From the NCBI GenBank assembly GCA_947478395.1, contig CANJVR010000004.1, forward strand, positions 260,864 through 324,863: 64,000 nt of DNA, in the 5' to 3' direction. The translations under genes were made by a program, and so were the position numbers. The first letter of the stretch is position 1. Every line of letters starts with the position of its first letter. Below are positions 28,760 to 37,695 of the stretch, in pieces. The notes under the pieces were generated by a model. That model searched no databases, was not told the origin of the DNA, and was given only the letters and a program-made list of their open reading frames with translations. This DNA is from Opitutia bacterium (GTDB taxonomy: Bacteria; Verrucomicrobiota; Verrucomicrobiia; Opitutales; Opitutaceae).

Positions 28760-31296
28760 TCCTGCCCCAGCGAGAGGAGATTCGCGAACAGCCGGTAGGC
28801 TCCGGGCACGCCCGCGGGAAGTTGCCGGAAGAAACCAAGGCCGGTGTAGACGTAGTGGCCTTTGCCGTATTTCGCGACGAGCACGCTGCCTTGCAGCGGA
28901 GCTTCACCGGGATCGTTCATGGCGAACAAAGGTGTGTAGTGTTCCTCGTCCCACGAGCTCGGAAAATAGGCGCCGCGCTCCTGCACCCAGCCGTCGAAGT
29001 CGGAGGGCGCGATGTGATTGGGCGCGTTGAGGGCGCGATGATCGGGCGAGAGAAACGACACGGGCGATTTTTCGTCGGTCACGCGGAAAGCGGGGGCGTT
29101 GCCCTGAATCGAAAGTTTGTACGGCCCGAGCTGCTGGGTCTTCAGGGCGTTGGGCCGGTTGTACTGCGCGATGACCGTGCCGCCGGCTTCGACGTAGGCG
29201 AGGAGGCCGGGGAAATTGTCTTTGAGATCGGTGCGCTCGTTGAAGGCGCGGACGCCGATGACGACGGCGTCGAAGCGTTTCAAATTGGCGGGAGTGAGAT
29301 CGGCGCCCGTGAGCTCGGTGACGGCGTAACCCATCTGCGCGAGATTTTCCGCGACGCTGTCGCCGGCGCCGGGCAGATAGCCGACGGTGCGGCCGCGGAT
29401 CGAGAGATCGAGCGCGACGACCTTCAAGCGGGTCGGAGGCTGGAGCAGTTGCACGGGAAGATGCTCGTAGCGGATCAGCGAGCGGCTGTTGTCGAAATGC
29501 GCGCCGTTGATGTCGGCGACAGCGCGGAGGCTGGCGGAGGCTTTCTCGGCCGGGGCGTTGACGGTGAAGATGAGCCGCGCCTTGTCGCCGATCGCGGCCA
29601 GCTTGAACGGTTGGGTGGCCGGCGAGATTTTCCAGCCGGCGGGTGTTTCCAGATGGATCGTGCCGGTGGCGCCCGCGCGAGCGGCGGTGACTTCGACGGT
29701 GGCCGTTTTTGAGGCGCCGGGGGCGAAGAGCTCGACTTCGACGCCGAAGCTGAGCGAGACGGGCGGGATGACTTCGAGATGGCGGCGGGCTTGGGCTTCG
29801 GGCGCGCCGGCAACGATCTGCACGGGTTCGTCGGCGACGATCAGGGTTTGGCCGCCCACTTCGAATACGAACTCGACGGGAAAGGCCGGAGGATTTTCCG
29901 GTCGGCCGATGAGCGACGGGTTGTCGACGCGGAACATGCCCGCGGTACCTTCGAGGCGGAGCCAGTAGGGCTGGGTGGGCACGGTGGTCGCGGGAAGAAT
30001 GGTTTTCTGTTCACGACGAACCGCCTGGCCTGCGGTGAAAGCGGTGCTGAATTTGATTTCGTCGCTCTTCGATGGGTAACGCAATCCGGTCCAACGGACG
30101 GGGACTTTGGACGCGACGGTGGCCGTGTGACTGAGTGCGAGCGATTCGCCGGGGACGACCTCGGCTTGCGGAAGCGTCGTTTCGACGGCGAGGCCGAGGC
30201 AGTGCGTAAGGATGCGGTCGAGCTGGCGGCGTTTTTCGTCAATCACGCGATCGGCGGGCAGCGCGGCCACGCGGCTGCGGATGGCGAGAAGAGCGGGGAC
30301 GTTGGCCGCAGGATCAGCGGAATTGAACGCGGCGATGGCGGCATCGGTGAGGCGGGCGATCTCGGCCCCGTTGGGGAAACGAGCCCAGGTGAGGTCGATG
30401 CCGTCCATGATGTCATTGGTGGCGGGTTCGCCGTCGATCAGCGTGAATGATTCGACGCGCGAGCCGCCGCCGCCGGCGCCAAAATTGCCGAAGCCCTGCG
30501 TCTTGTGCATGGCGCGGCTGCGGCCGGCGATGGAGCCGAAAGATTCGCCGGTGACGGGATCGTTGCCGCCCATTTCCATGCGGACCGTGCCGGTGGGAGG
30601 AGCAGCCGGGGCCGCCGTTGGGGCGTTGCCCCCGCGGCCGGGGCCGCTGCCGTTGAGGAGAATCCGCTTGGGCTGCCAGACGGTGAGCTCCTTGAGCTGT
30701 TCGGGGAAGGCCTTGGGGTCCCCGGCGAGCTTGAACGCTTCGAGGGCGAGGACGGCGGACGTGTTGTGCTGGCCGTGATTGCCGGGTTGGGGCACGGGCG
30801 CGAAGCGGGTCACGATCACGTCGGGCCGGAAAGTCCGGATGACGCGAACGACGTCACCGACCAATTGCTGGCGGTCCCAGAGGCCGAGGGTTTCGTTGAC
30901 GCTCTTCGTATAGCCAAAATCGAGAGCCCGGGTAAAAAACTGTTGGCCGCCGTCGAGCCGTCGGGCGGCGAGCAGTTCCTGGGTGCGGGCGAGGCCGAGT
31001 TTTTCGCCGAACTCGGGGCCGAGTTCGTTTTGCCCGCCGTCGCCGCGGGTGACCGAGAGATAGGCGGCGCGATAGCCGCGGCCGCGGGCGAGGTACGTGA
31101 TGAGCTGGGTGTTTTCGTCGTCGGGGTGAGCGGCGACGTGCAGTACGCTCCCGAGCGTACTGAAGCTCTTCAAATCTTGCAGAATGGCGGCGGGGCTGGG
31201 CGGCGCTTCGGCGGCGGAGGCCGAAGCGGATGCGAAGCCAAAAGAAACCGTCCCGGCCCAGAGGCCGAGGTACCGCCGCCAGTGCAAGCGAGGCAT
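28756..31296 (-). CDS. Exported LmbE/PIG-L family deacetylase/amidase with a central Ig-like region and a C-terminal class I glutamine-amidotransferase-like domain
   Basis: Signal peptide; AAHPDDEN, TRGDGGQN, RTQELLAARRLDG, DFGYTK, HGQH; C-terminal GYLPGAGD...YVEAGGTVIAQY...FFRQLPAGVPGAYRL. Confidence 0.85.
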   Translation of the reverse strand: MPRLHWRRYLGLWAGTVSFGFASASASAAEAPPSPAAILQDLKSFSTLGSVLHVAAHPDDENTQLITYLARGRGYRAAYLSVTRGDGGQNELGPEFGEKLGLARTQELLAARRLDGGQQFFTRALDFGYTKSVNETLGLWDRQQLVGDVVRVIRTFRPDVIVTRFAPVPQPGNHGQHNTSAVLALEAFKLAGDPKAFPEQLKELTVWQPKRILLNGSGPGRGGNAPTAAPAAPPTGTVRMEMGGNDPVTGESFGSIAGRSRAMHKTQGFGNFGAGGGGSRVESFTLIDGEPATNDIMDGIDLTWARFPNGAEIARLTDAAIAAFNSADPAANVPALLAIRSRVAALPADRVIDEKRRQLDRILTHCLGLAVETTLPQAEVVPGESLALSHTATVASKVPVRWTGLRYPSKSDEIKFSTAFTAGQAVRREQKTILPATTVPTQPYWLRLEGTAGMFRVDNPSLIGRPENPPAFPVEFVFEVGGQTLIVADEPVQIVAGAPEAQARRHLEVIPPVSLSFGVEVELFAPGASKTATVEVTAARAGATGTIHLETPAGWKISPATQPFKLAAIGDKARLIFTVNAPAEKASASLRAVADINGAHFDNSRSLIRYEHLPVQLLQPPTRLKVVALDLSIRGRTVGYLPGAGDSVAENLAQMGYAVTELTGADLTPANLKRFDAVVIGVRAFNERTDLKDNFPGLLAYVEAGGTVIAQYNRPNALKTQQLGPYKLSIQGNAPAFRVTDEKSPVSFLSPDHRALNAPNHIAPSDFDGWVQERGAYFPSSWDEEHYTPLFAMNDPGEAPLQGSVLVAKYGKGHYVYTGLGFFRQLPAGVPGAYRLFANLLSLGQE

Positions 31297-31303
31297 GGCA
31301 GAA

Positions 31304-31897
31304 TTATTTCGCGGTCGTGAACGCCGCGGAGAACTTCGTCTTTTCCCAGGCGATGACCAGGGTGCCGCCGGCGGGAGGATTGGTTTCGATGCCGATCTGG
31401 AGCTGGTCGAGCTGGGTTTCCAGCGTGTCTTTTTTCAAATCGATCCGCGCGACGTCGTGGGTTTCATCGACTGGGATACCCCATTTGGCGACGTGGCTGC
31501 TGAACGCGAGTTTGCTGGTGCCGTTTTCCGAAGGGACAATGTAGAGGGTATAAACGCCGGCCGGGATCGTGGTCGCACCGAATACGAGCGACTGGTGGGT
31601 GAGGATCGTCGTGGCTTCGTCTGCGCCCATGCGTTCGGCCTTATCCCATTTCACCAAGCCGCCCCAGATTTTACGGATTTCGCCGGACTTCGGATCCTTG
31701 GAGTATGGCCGGCCATAGATGATCGTGATCAAGCTGGCATTCCGATCGGTGCCGACGCGCGCGTAGGTCGTTTCGTGGGGACTGACGCGGTTGTTGGACG
31801 GCGGGACGGCGGGTTTCGGCCCGGCGGGAGGCTGGGCGGTCAAGGTCGTGACGAGAGCGAGCGTGAGGGAAGCGAGGACGAGTTGGGAGCGGTTCAT
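31304..31897 (-). CDS. DUF2911 domain protein, secreted
   Basis: SP, YGRPY, IWGGLV, RMGADEAT, IPAGVYTLY, IAWE; signal peptide from MNRSQ. Confidence 0.8.
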   Translation of the reverse strand: MNRSQLVLASLTLALVTTLTAQPPAGPKPAVPPSNNRVSPHETTYARVGTDRNASLITIIYGRPYSKDPKSGEIRKIWGGLVKWDKAERMGADEATTILTHQSLVFGATTIPAGVYTLYIVPSENGTSKLAFSSHVAKWGIPVDETHDVARIDLKKDTLETQLDQLQIGIETNPPAGGTLVIAWEKTKFSAAFTTAK

Positions 31898-32254
31898 AAT
31901 AAGTTGTCTCCTTTTGTGAGGTGGACGGTGGGGGTGGATTGGGATCAGACGAACGGACACTAACGAAAATAAATGGGTGGCTGACGGTCGCGGGGAGCGG
32001 GAGCGAATTTTGGGGCCAGACGTGAAGGCGAATCGATGGTTGCGACCAAAGCAAGCGCGGGCACGAGGGTGTAAGGGCGAGCGGGCTTTTCAAGCGGGGG
32101 CCGCGTACGTCGAGGAAATATCGTCCGCGCCGTGCGATTGGTCAGTCGTCGCTGGAAATCAGGGCGCTCATTCGAGGATCCAGGCGCGATGGGCGGCTGC
32201 CTTTTCTTACTGCATGCTTTCTTTTTTTCCGCCGGAGCATCAACGTCGTGCCTC

Positions 32255-33571
32255 ATGGCGAACGCTGACGGTGCGGCTGCACCGCCCATCACTCTCACGG
32301 ATTTCAAACCCGAAACCATTCGGGGCACGCCGGGATTTTTCCGGGTGGGCCAGACCCACGCCGGCGTGTGGTGGTTGATCGATCCGGATGACAGCGCCTT
32401 TTTCAGCCGCGGGGTGAATGCGGTGGCGCGTGGCGTGGAGTCCCCGGCGGCGCCGGGTGAAGTACCGGCGGAGGAAATGGAATCGGCGGAACGGGACCTG
32501 GTGAAACGCACGCAGGCGAGTTTGCGGTCCTGGCACGTCAACACGCTTGGGCCCCGGAGCGCGCCGGAATTCGCGGGGCGCGGATTCGCGGAGACGGATA
32601 ACTTGGAATTTATCAACGTCGCCCCGCAGGCCGCGCTTCGCCTCGGTGGTGCGCGCGTGCCGGACGTTTTCGATCCAAAATGGGTTGAGGCGGTCGAGCG
32701 TCGTGCGGCTGAGCGCTGTGTATGGCGGGGCGCGAGCGCGGCCTTGATCGGTTATTTCACGGATGAGGGGCTGAACTGGGCGCAACTCCCGCCCGAAAAC
32801 GAGCCCGCGCGCGTGGAGCGTCCGTCATTGCTCCAGATTTGTCTGAGCCTTGAACCTAGTTTCCCCGCCTATCATGCGGCGTGGGAATTTGTCCTTGCTG
32901 CGCACGGGAGCGACTGGGCGATGCTCATGCGCGCCTGGGACGTCGACCTGCCCAACAAAGAAGCGTTGCGCCAGCTCACGCTCGCCGAACGCGCGCTCAC
33001 GAGTGCCGGCTACCGGCGCGATCAAGAGCGGTTTTCGCGCGAATTCGCCCGGCGGTATTTTGCCGCGACGGCCGGCGCGATTCGCCGGTACGATCCGCAT
33101 CACCTGATCTTGGGTTGTAATTTCGGCTTGGCGCCGGCGGCTGCGGTCATCGCTGAATGCGTCTCGCCGCACGTCGACGTGCTGGCGCTGAGTCTGCCGG
33201 ATCCGGCGATGGGCGAACGGATCGATCGTGACTCCCGCGTGCAGGGCATGCCGGTATTAGCGTCCGATTTTTCTTGGGCGCACGAATCATTCACGATTCC
33301 GGTCGGGCCGGACGAAGCGGAGGAACTCACCAGCGTCGAACGCATGCTGAGTCGCGGGCGTAGGGCGCTCGAGCGGGCTTTCACGCACCCGGCGCTGATC
33401 GGTTGCGCGTGGGCTGACTGGTCCGATGCGCCGGGGGATGTGCCGCCGTTTGGCCGCGGCCTCGTGCACGTTGACGGCCGCGAAGCGCGGGAACATACCG
33501 AACTTCTGTCTCATCTTTACGCCCGCGCCGAAACCCTTCGGGCGACTCGTCCATACTTCAATTCACCATGA
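32255..33571 (+). CDS. GH50 (agarase-like) fold protein with divergent catalytic motifs
   Basis: GFFRV...WWLIDP...FFSRGVN, PDVFDPKW, LIGYFTD, AIRRYDPHHLILG; no signal peptide. Confidence 0.65.
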   Translation: MANADGAAAPPITLTDFKPETIRGTPGFFRVGQTHAGVWWLIDPDDSAFFSRGVNAVARGVESPAAPGEVPAEEMESAERDLVKRTQASLRSWHVNTLGPRSAPEFAGRGFAETDNLEFINVAPQAALRLGGARVPDVFDPKWVEAVERRAAERCVWRGASAALIGYFTDEGLNWAQLPPENEPARVERPSLLQICLSLEPSFPAYHAAWEFVLAAHGSDWAMLMRAWDVDLPNKEALRQLTLAERALTSAGYRRDQERFSREFARRYFAATAGAIRRYDPHHLILGCNFGLAPAAAVIAECVSPHVDVLALSLPDPAMGERIDRDSRVQGMPVLASDFSWAHESFTIPVGPDEAEELTSVERMLSRGRRALERAFTHPALIGCAWADWSDAPGDVPPFGRGLVHVDGREAREHTELLSHLYARAETLRATRPYFNSP

Positions 33572-33990
33572 AAATATCCCTCGGTTTTTTTCTCCCGCTC
33601 GCGGGCGTCTTCGCCTTTTTTACGGGCTGCGCCCAGCTCGCCGTTCCTCTGCCCGATCTTAACCGGGTGATTTCCGGCACGGTCACGTTCGCTGAGCCGG
33701 CGACGGTGCCCGCGGGCGCCCAAATGGTCATCCGGGTGCTCGACAGTACGCGGGCTGACGGGATGGCGAAGATCGTCGCCCAGGAAGTTTTCAAAATCAG
33801 CGGGCCGTCGCCGATCGCCTACAAGATCGAGTTTCGCGCAGAGGATGCATTGGTCCAACGCGGATTGAGCATCGAGGCCCGGATCGATTTCGAGGGGAAG
33901 GTGCAGCTTTTCAACGGCAACAGGTACGCCATCACGACCGCCAACATCGCGGGCCCGCACGAAATCGTGGTCGAAAAAATGTCGCGGTAA
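33568..33990 (+). CDS. YbaY family lipoprotein
   Basis: Lipobox FTGC; ISGTV...VPAGA...VLD..RAD; ARI...GK..F; ATGA overlap. Confidence 0.75.
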   Translation: MKISLGFFLPLAGVFAFFTGCAQLAVPLPDLNRVISGTVTFAEPATVPAGAQMVIRVLDSTRADGMAKIVAQEVFKISGPSPIAYKIEFRAEDALVQRGLSIEARIDFEGKVQLFNGNRYAITTANIAGPHEIVVEKMSR

Positions 33991-34072
33991 AACGACGGCG
34001 ACCGCGATCGCGGCGGTCGTACTCCGGCCTTGCCGCGGATGGTTGTGATCGTCCTCATCCCGGCTTTTCCTC

Positions 34073-34624
34073 ATGTCGACGCCCGCCCTTGCCCCGTTCC
34101 TAAAAGCTCGTGTCCGAACGATCCGGGGCTGGCCGAAACCGGGCGTTAATTTCCGCGACGTCACCACGCTGTTTCAGGACCCTGAGGCCTTTCGCGTGAT
34201 GGTCGAGGCGTTCGCGCTCGATTGTACTTCGCAGAATATCGGGATCATCGCGGCGGTGGATGCGCGCGGCTTTATCCTCGGCGGCGCGCTCGCTTATCAG
34301 CTGCACAAGCCCTTCGTCCTTGTGCGCAAGAAGGGCAAGCTGCCGCATAAGACCATTTTTGCGGACTACGCGCTCGAATACGGCACCGCCACGGTCGAGA
34401 TCCACGCGGACGCGTGCAAACCCGGCGATCGCGTACTGATCGTGGATGATCTCATCGCCACCGGCGGCACGCTGCTGGCGGCGGCACAACTTTTCCGCCA
34501 GCTCGGCGCCGAGGTCGTTGGCGTGGCGGCGGCAATCGATCTGCCCGAGCTCGGTGGCTCGGCCAAACTTCGCGCCGCGGGGCTGAAGGTGCACGCGCTC
34601 TGCGAGTTTTCCGAGACGGAGTGA
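34073..34624 (+). CDS. apt: Adenine phosphoribosyltransferase
   Basis: WPKPGVNFRDVT, DARGFILG, RKKGKLP, YALEYG, VLIVDDLIATGGT. Confidence 0.96.
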   Translation: MSTPALAPFLKARVRTIRGWPKPGVNFRDVTTLFQDPEAFRVMVEAFALDCTSQNIGIIAAVDARGFILGGALAYQLHKPFVLVRKKGKLPHKTIFADYALEYGTATVEIHADACKPGDRVLIVDDLIATGGTLLAAAQLFRQLGAEVVGVAAAIDLPELGGSAKLRAAGLKVHALCEFSETE

Positions 34625-34725
34625 GGCTGCGGCGTGGGCGCCGGGCGCGGCAGGTTAAGTCGCGGGCCCCCATGATTGCTCAGTGCTTGCCACCGGGATA
34701 ATTACGGCCGAAAAAAATCCTCCCC

Positions 34726-35697
34726 ATGCCCTACACTATCTGGAGCAACACCAAGTTTTCACCTGAGGCCACCCGTCTGCTGCACGAAGGCCTAAAGGCC
34801 CATCGGTTTGTCGCGGGTGCCTCGGCGAGCACGTCCGTGCTGGCCCAAGGCGAGCCCGATCCTGCGCTGGCCACCGCGGACATCGCGTTTGGCCAGCCCG
34901 ACCCGAGCGATTGCCTGCGCCATGCTAATGTGCGGTGGGTCGAGGTTTCGACCGCGGGCTACACGCGTTACGACACGCCTGAATTCAAGGACGCTTTTCG
35001 AGCGCGCGGATCCGTGTTGACCACGGCGTCGGGAGTTTTCTCGGACCCGTGCGCACAGCACGTGCTCGCGATGATGCTCGCCATGGGCCGGCAACTATTG
35101 CCGTCGCATCGCGATCAAGTGACGGACCATTCGTGGCACTACGAGAAACGGCGTTACGATTCACGGCTGCTTACGGGTCAGACAGTGGTGATGCTCGGCT
35201 ACGGAGCCATCGGCCGGCGGTTGACCGAGCTGCTCGCGCCTTTCGGGATGAAAATCTACGCGGTGCGGCGCCAGACCCGCAGCGAGACAGGCGTTGAAGT
35301 CGTGCCCGAGAGCGAGCTGACGCGCGTGCTGCCGCTGGCCGATCACGTGGTGAATATTCTTCCGGCGAACGACGCGACCACCCGCTACGTGAACGCCCGC
35401 CGTCTGGCATGCTGCCGGCCCACGGCGCGTTTCTACAACGTGGGTCGCGGTTCTACGGTGGATCAGATCGCCCTAGCCGAGGCGTTGCGCGCCGGCGTGA
35501 TCGGCGCGGCGTTTCTCGATGTGACGGACCCCGAGCCCTTGCCCCCGGCGCACGAACTTTGGACGACGCCGAATTGCTATATTACGCCGCACACGGCCGG
35601 CGGGCGGCACGATCAGGATGAAACCATCGTGCGGCATTTCTTGAAGAATCTAGAGGCGTTCGAGCGTCGCGGCGCCTTGGTCGATCAAGTGGTGTAG
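34726..35697 (+). CDS. D-2-hydroxyacid dehydrogenase
   Basis: GYGAIG, NVGRG, LDVTDPEPL, ITPHTAG. Confidence 0.9.
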   Translation: MPYTIWSNTKFSPEATRLLHEGLKAHRFVAGASASTSVLAQGEPDPALATADIAFGQPDPSDCLRHANVRWVEVSTAGYTRYDTPEFKDAFRARGSVLTTASGVFSDPCAQHVLAMMLAMGRQLLPSHRDQVTDHSWHYEKRRYDSRLLTGQTVVMLGYGAIGRRLTELLAPFGMKIYAVRRQTRSETGVEVVPESELTRVLPLADHVVNILPANDATTRYVNARRLACCRPTARFYNVGRGSTVDQIALAEALRAGVIGAAFLDVTDPEPLPPAHELWTTPNCYITPHTAGGRHDQDETIVRHFLKNLEAFERRGALVDQVV

Positions 35698-35784
35698 GAC
35701 GTGGTCGATTTGAGGTCGGGTTGGATCCCTCGGCCCGACCTCCGACCGCGGGCTTGCACAGATTTTTTCCCGCGTGGGAGTAAT

Positions 35785-36096
35785 TTTATCGGTCGTTGCC
35801 CCGTCCTCAACCGTTGCGCGTCGGCCAAAAAATTCACGCGGTTCATCGAGGCGTATCTGACGAAATATCCGTCGCGTTCCTTCACGCCGCGCAATCTTGG
35901 CGCGCGTCTCCCGCAATTCGTGCACGAGATGCCGGCGCTGACCGCACCACATACCGCGCTCGCCATGGATATCGCGCGTTTTGAGTGGTCGCGGACGGTT
36001 GCGTTTGAAGAGGCCGGAGGACGCCGCGTCACCGCCGCGCAGGTGCGAGGGTGGTTTGCGACGTGGATGGAACTAGGCTGGCTCTGCCAAAGGTAG
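35785..36096 (+). pseudogene. Remnant of a DUF2063 (HvfC/BufC-like) gene: 5'-truncated with an internal deletion
   Basis: AYLTKYPSRSFTPRNLGARL and DIARFEWSRTVAF are joined directly to a C-terminal WFATWMELGWL motif; no credible start. Confidence 0.6.
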
Positions 36097-36167
36097 GGCT
36101 GGCCTTCCTTAACCCGCCGCCGCGACTCGGCGTACGACCGGGAGGAACGGCCTGCCTTGTGCCGGCG

Positions 36168-36887
36168 TCACACCTTTACGACTTTCGTGTCGGCCATGAG
36201 ATCGTGGATGCAGCGTCGGTTGGCGCCGAAGATAAAACAAATGTCCACGAGCGAGAAGATGGATCCGGCTACTGGAACCAAGCCGATGATGCCGATCAAG
36301 CAGCTGCGCAGCAGCCATCCATGCACAAAGCCTGGCAGCGCGCCGGTGCTGCATCGCACGATGCGAATGCCGACGATGCGTTTGCCGATGGTTTGACCGC
36401 GCGTGCTGATCATCACGATCTGGACAATCGCGAGCGCGAACGTGGCCGACCCGAGCAGCGCGAACCCCAGCAGCATCTGTCCGGCGTCGATCGCACTTAG
36501 ATCCGGCGGCTGGCCCCGGCTGGCGGCGAGTACGATTCCGAGGAACCCGGTGCCGAGTGAAAAAAGTCCAGGCAGCGCACAGATGCTGGTAACGAGCCCG
36601 TCGAGTAGAACTGCGACCAGTCGCAGGCCGCGATCGGCGGTGACGACTTCAATGGTGCGAGCCGTGGCTGGCATGGGCTCAGGCGGCACATACGGAGAAT
36701 CCAAGCGCGGGGGCGTCGGGTTGCCATTGAACTCCGGAAGATCGCCGAGCCGTTTCCAGTCATCGGAACTGCCGGCGGGTTTCGCCTTGGTATCGAGATT
36801 CGCGCGGCCCGCCGCGATCCACTCGCGAATTTGTTCCAATGTGACCGGGCCGTATTCTTTGCCGTCGCCGCCGATGATGGTGAACAT
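36168..36887 (-). CDS. RDD family protein with an N-terminal GYF_2 domain
   Basis: IIGGDGKEYGPV...IREWIAAGR (GYF_2); RLVAVLLD, GQTIGKRIVGIRIV, IHDLMADTKVV (RDD). Confidence 0.88.
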   Translation of the reverse strand: MFTIIGGDGKEYGPVTLEQIREWIAAGRANLDTKAKPAGSSDDWKRLGDLPEFNGNPTPPRLDSPYVPPEPMPATARTIEVVTADRGLRLVAVLLDGLVTSICALPGLFSLGTGFLGIVLAASRGQPPDLSAIDAGQMLLGFALLGSATFALAIVQIVMISTRGQTIGKRIVGIRIVRCSTGALPGFVHGWLLRSCLIGIIGLVPVAGSIFSLVDICFIFGANRRCIHDLMADTKVVKV

Positions 36888-37122
36888 GGCCGCGAATAGA
36901 ACAAGCGCACCGATTCCGGTCAACGCCGGCCGCGGGATGCAGCGCGAGTTCGCCGGTAGGCGTGGAGGAAGTACACCGGCCGGGGAACGTCGGTGCAGAA
37001 CGACCGCGAGCGAAGCCACGCGCAGGTGGGGAGAGATGAATGGGACGGCGGGCGAGTTTATCGGCGCAAGAGCAGGCATCGATTTCAATGCCGCGTTATG
37101 AGCCACGTCTTCGGGCGAATTT

Positions 37123-37559
37123 TTATCTCCTGGGCCTGAGCATGTTCGCTCCAAATTTAAAATGGCCGGTCGGCGGGAAGATTGAGCCCCTCCTGCAATC
37201 GCTCTTTTTCAGGGCCCAGTCTGCCGTGGAAACAGAATTTGGCGGGATGACCATCGTCCGAGATTTTCGGCGAACTTCGTCCCGTCTGTCGGCCGTAGTC
37301 GGGCTTCGGGGCGCCGGCACGATCAAGGTCGAGCCGGGGAATATTCGCGGGCGCACTGGCGAGGAAGAAGCCGCCGCTCATGCTCTTTTTCGGCCCTGAC
37401 CAGCCGAGTTTTTGTGAGCGCGGAAAGCAAACGGCGGATGACGAGCGGATCGGTGGCCGTGGTTGCGGTAATCTCGGACGCTGGCGCTGCAGCTCCCTGC
37501 TGGTAGAGCAAATAGCACGGCATGTGAACGCTGACGGCAAATCGTGAATTTTCGGTCAT
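37123..37559 (-). pseudogene. Rrf2-family regulator pseudogene with frameshifts and an internal inversion
   Basis: N-terminus (SRFAVSVH...DPLVIRRLLSAL...GGFFLA) is on the minus strand; C-terminus (FAPNLKWPVGGKIEPLL...AQSAVETE) is on the plus strand at 37137-37290. Confidence 0.75.
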
Positions 37560-37695
37560 GTTGTAATGCAACTGACTGTTTCACTGTAGGGTAAGCTGGC
37601 AGCGATCGGGCCGGAGTCATGGCGTTGTGGAGAGCGATCTCCGAGGTTGCAAAGCCGGTCGATTCCGCGAGCTTCGACGGTTTACACGTCCCATC

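Noticed and set aside
37323..37571. Programmed frameshift or phase-variable switch in the Rrf2 gene
   Set aside because: Two frameshifts, many degenerate substitutions and only 4-bp junction repeats fit decay better; no recombinase is nearby.
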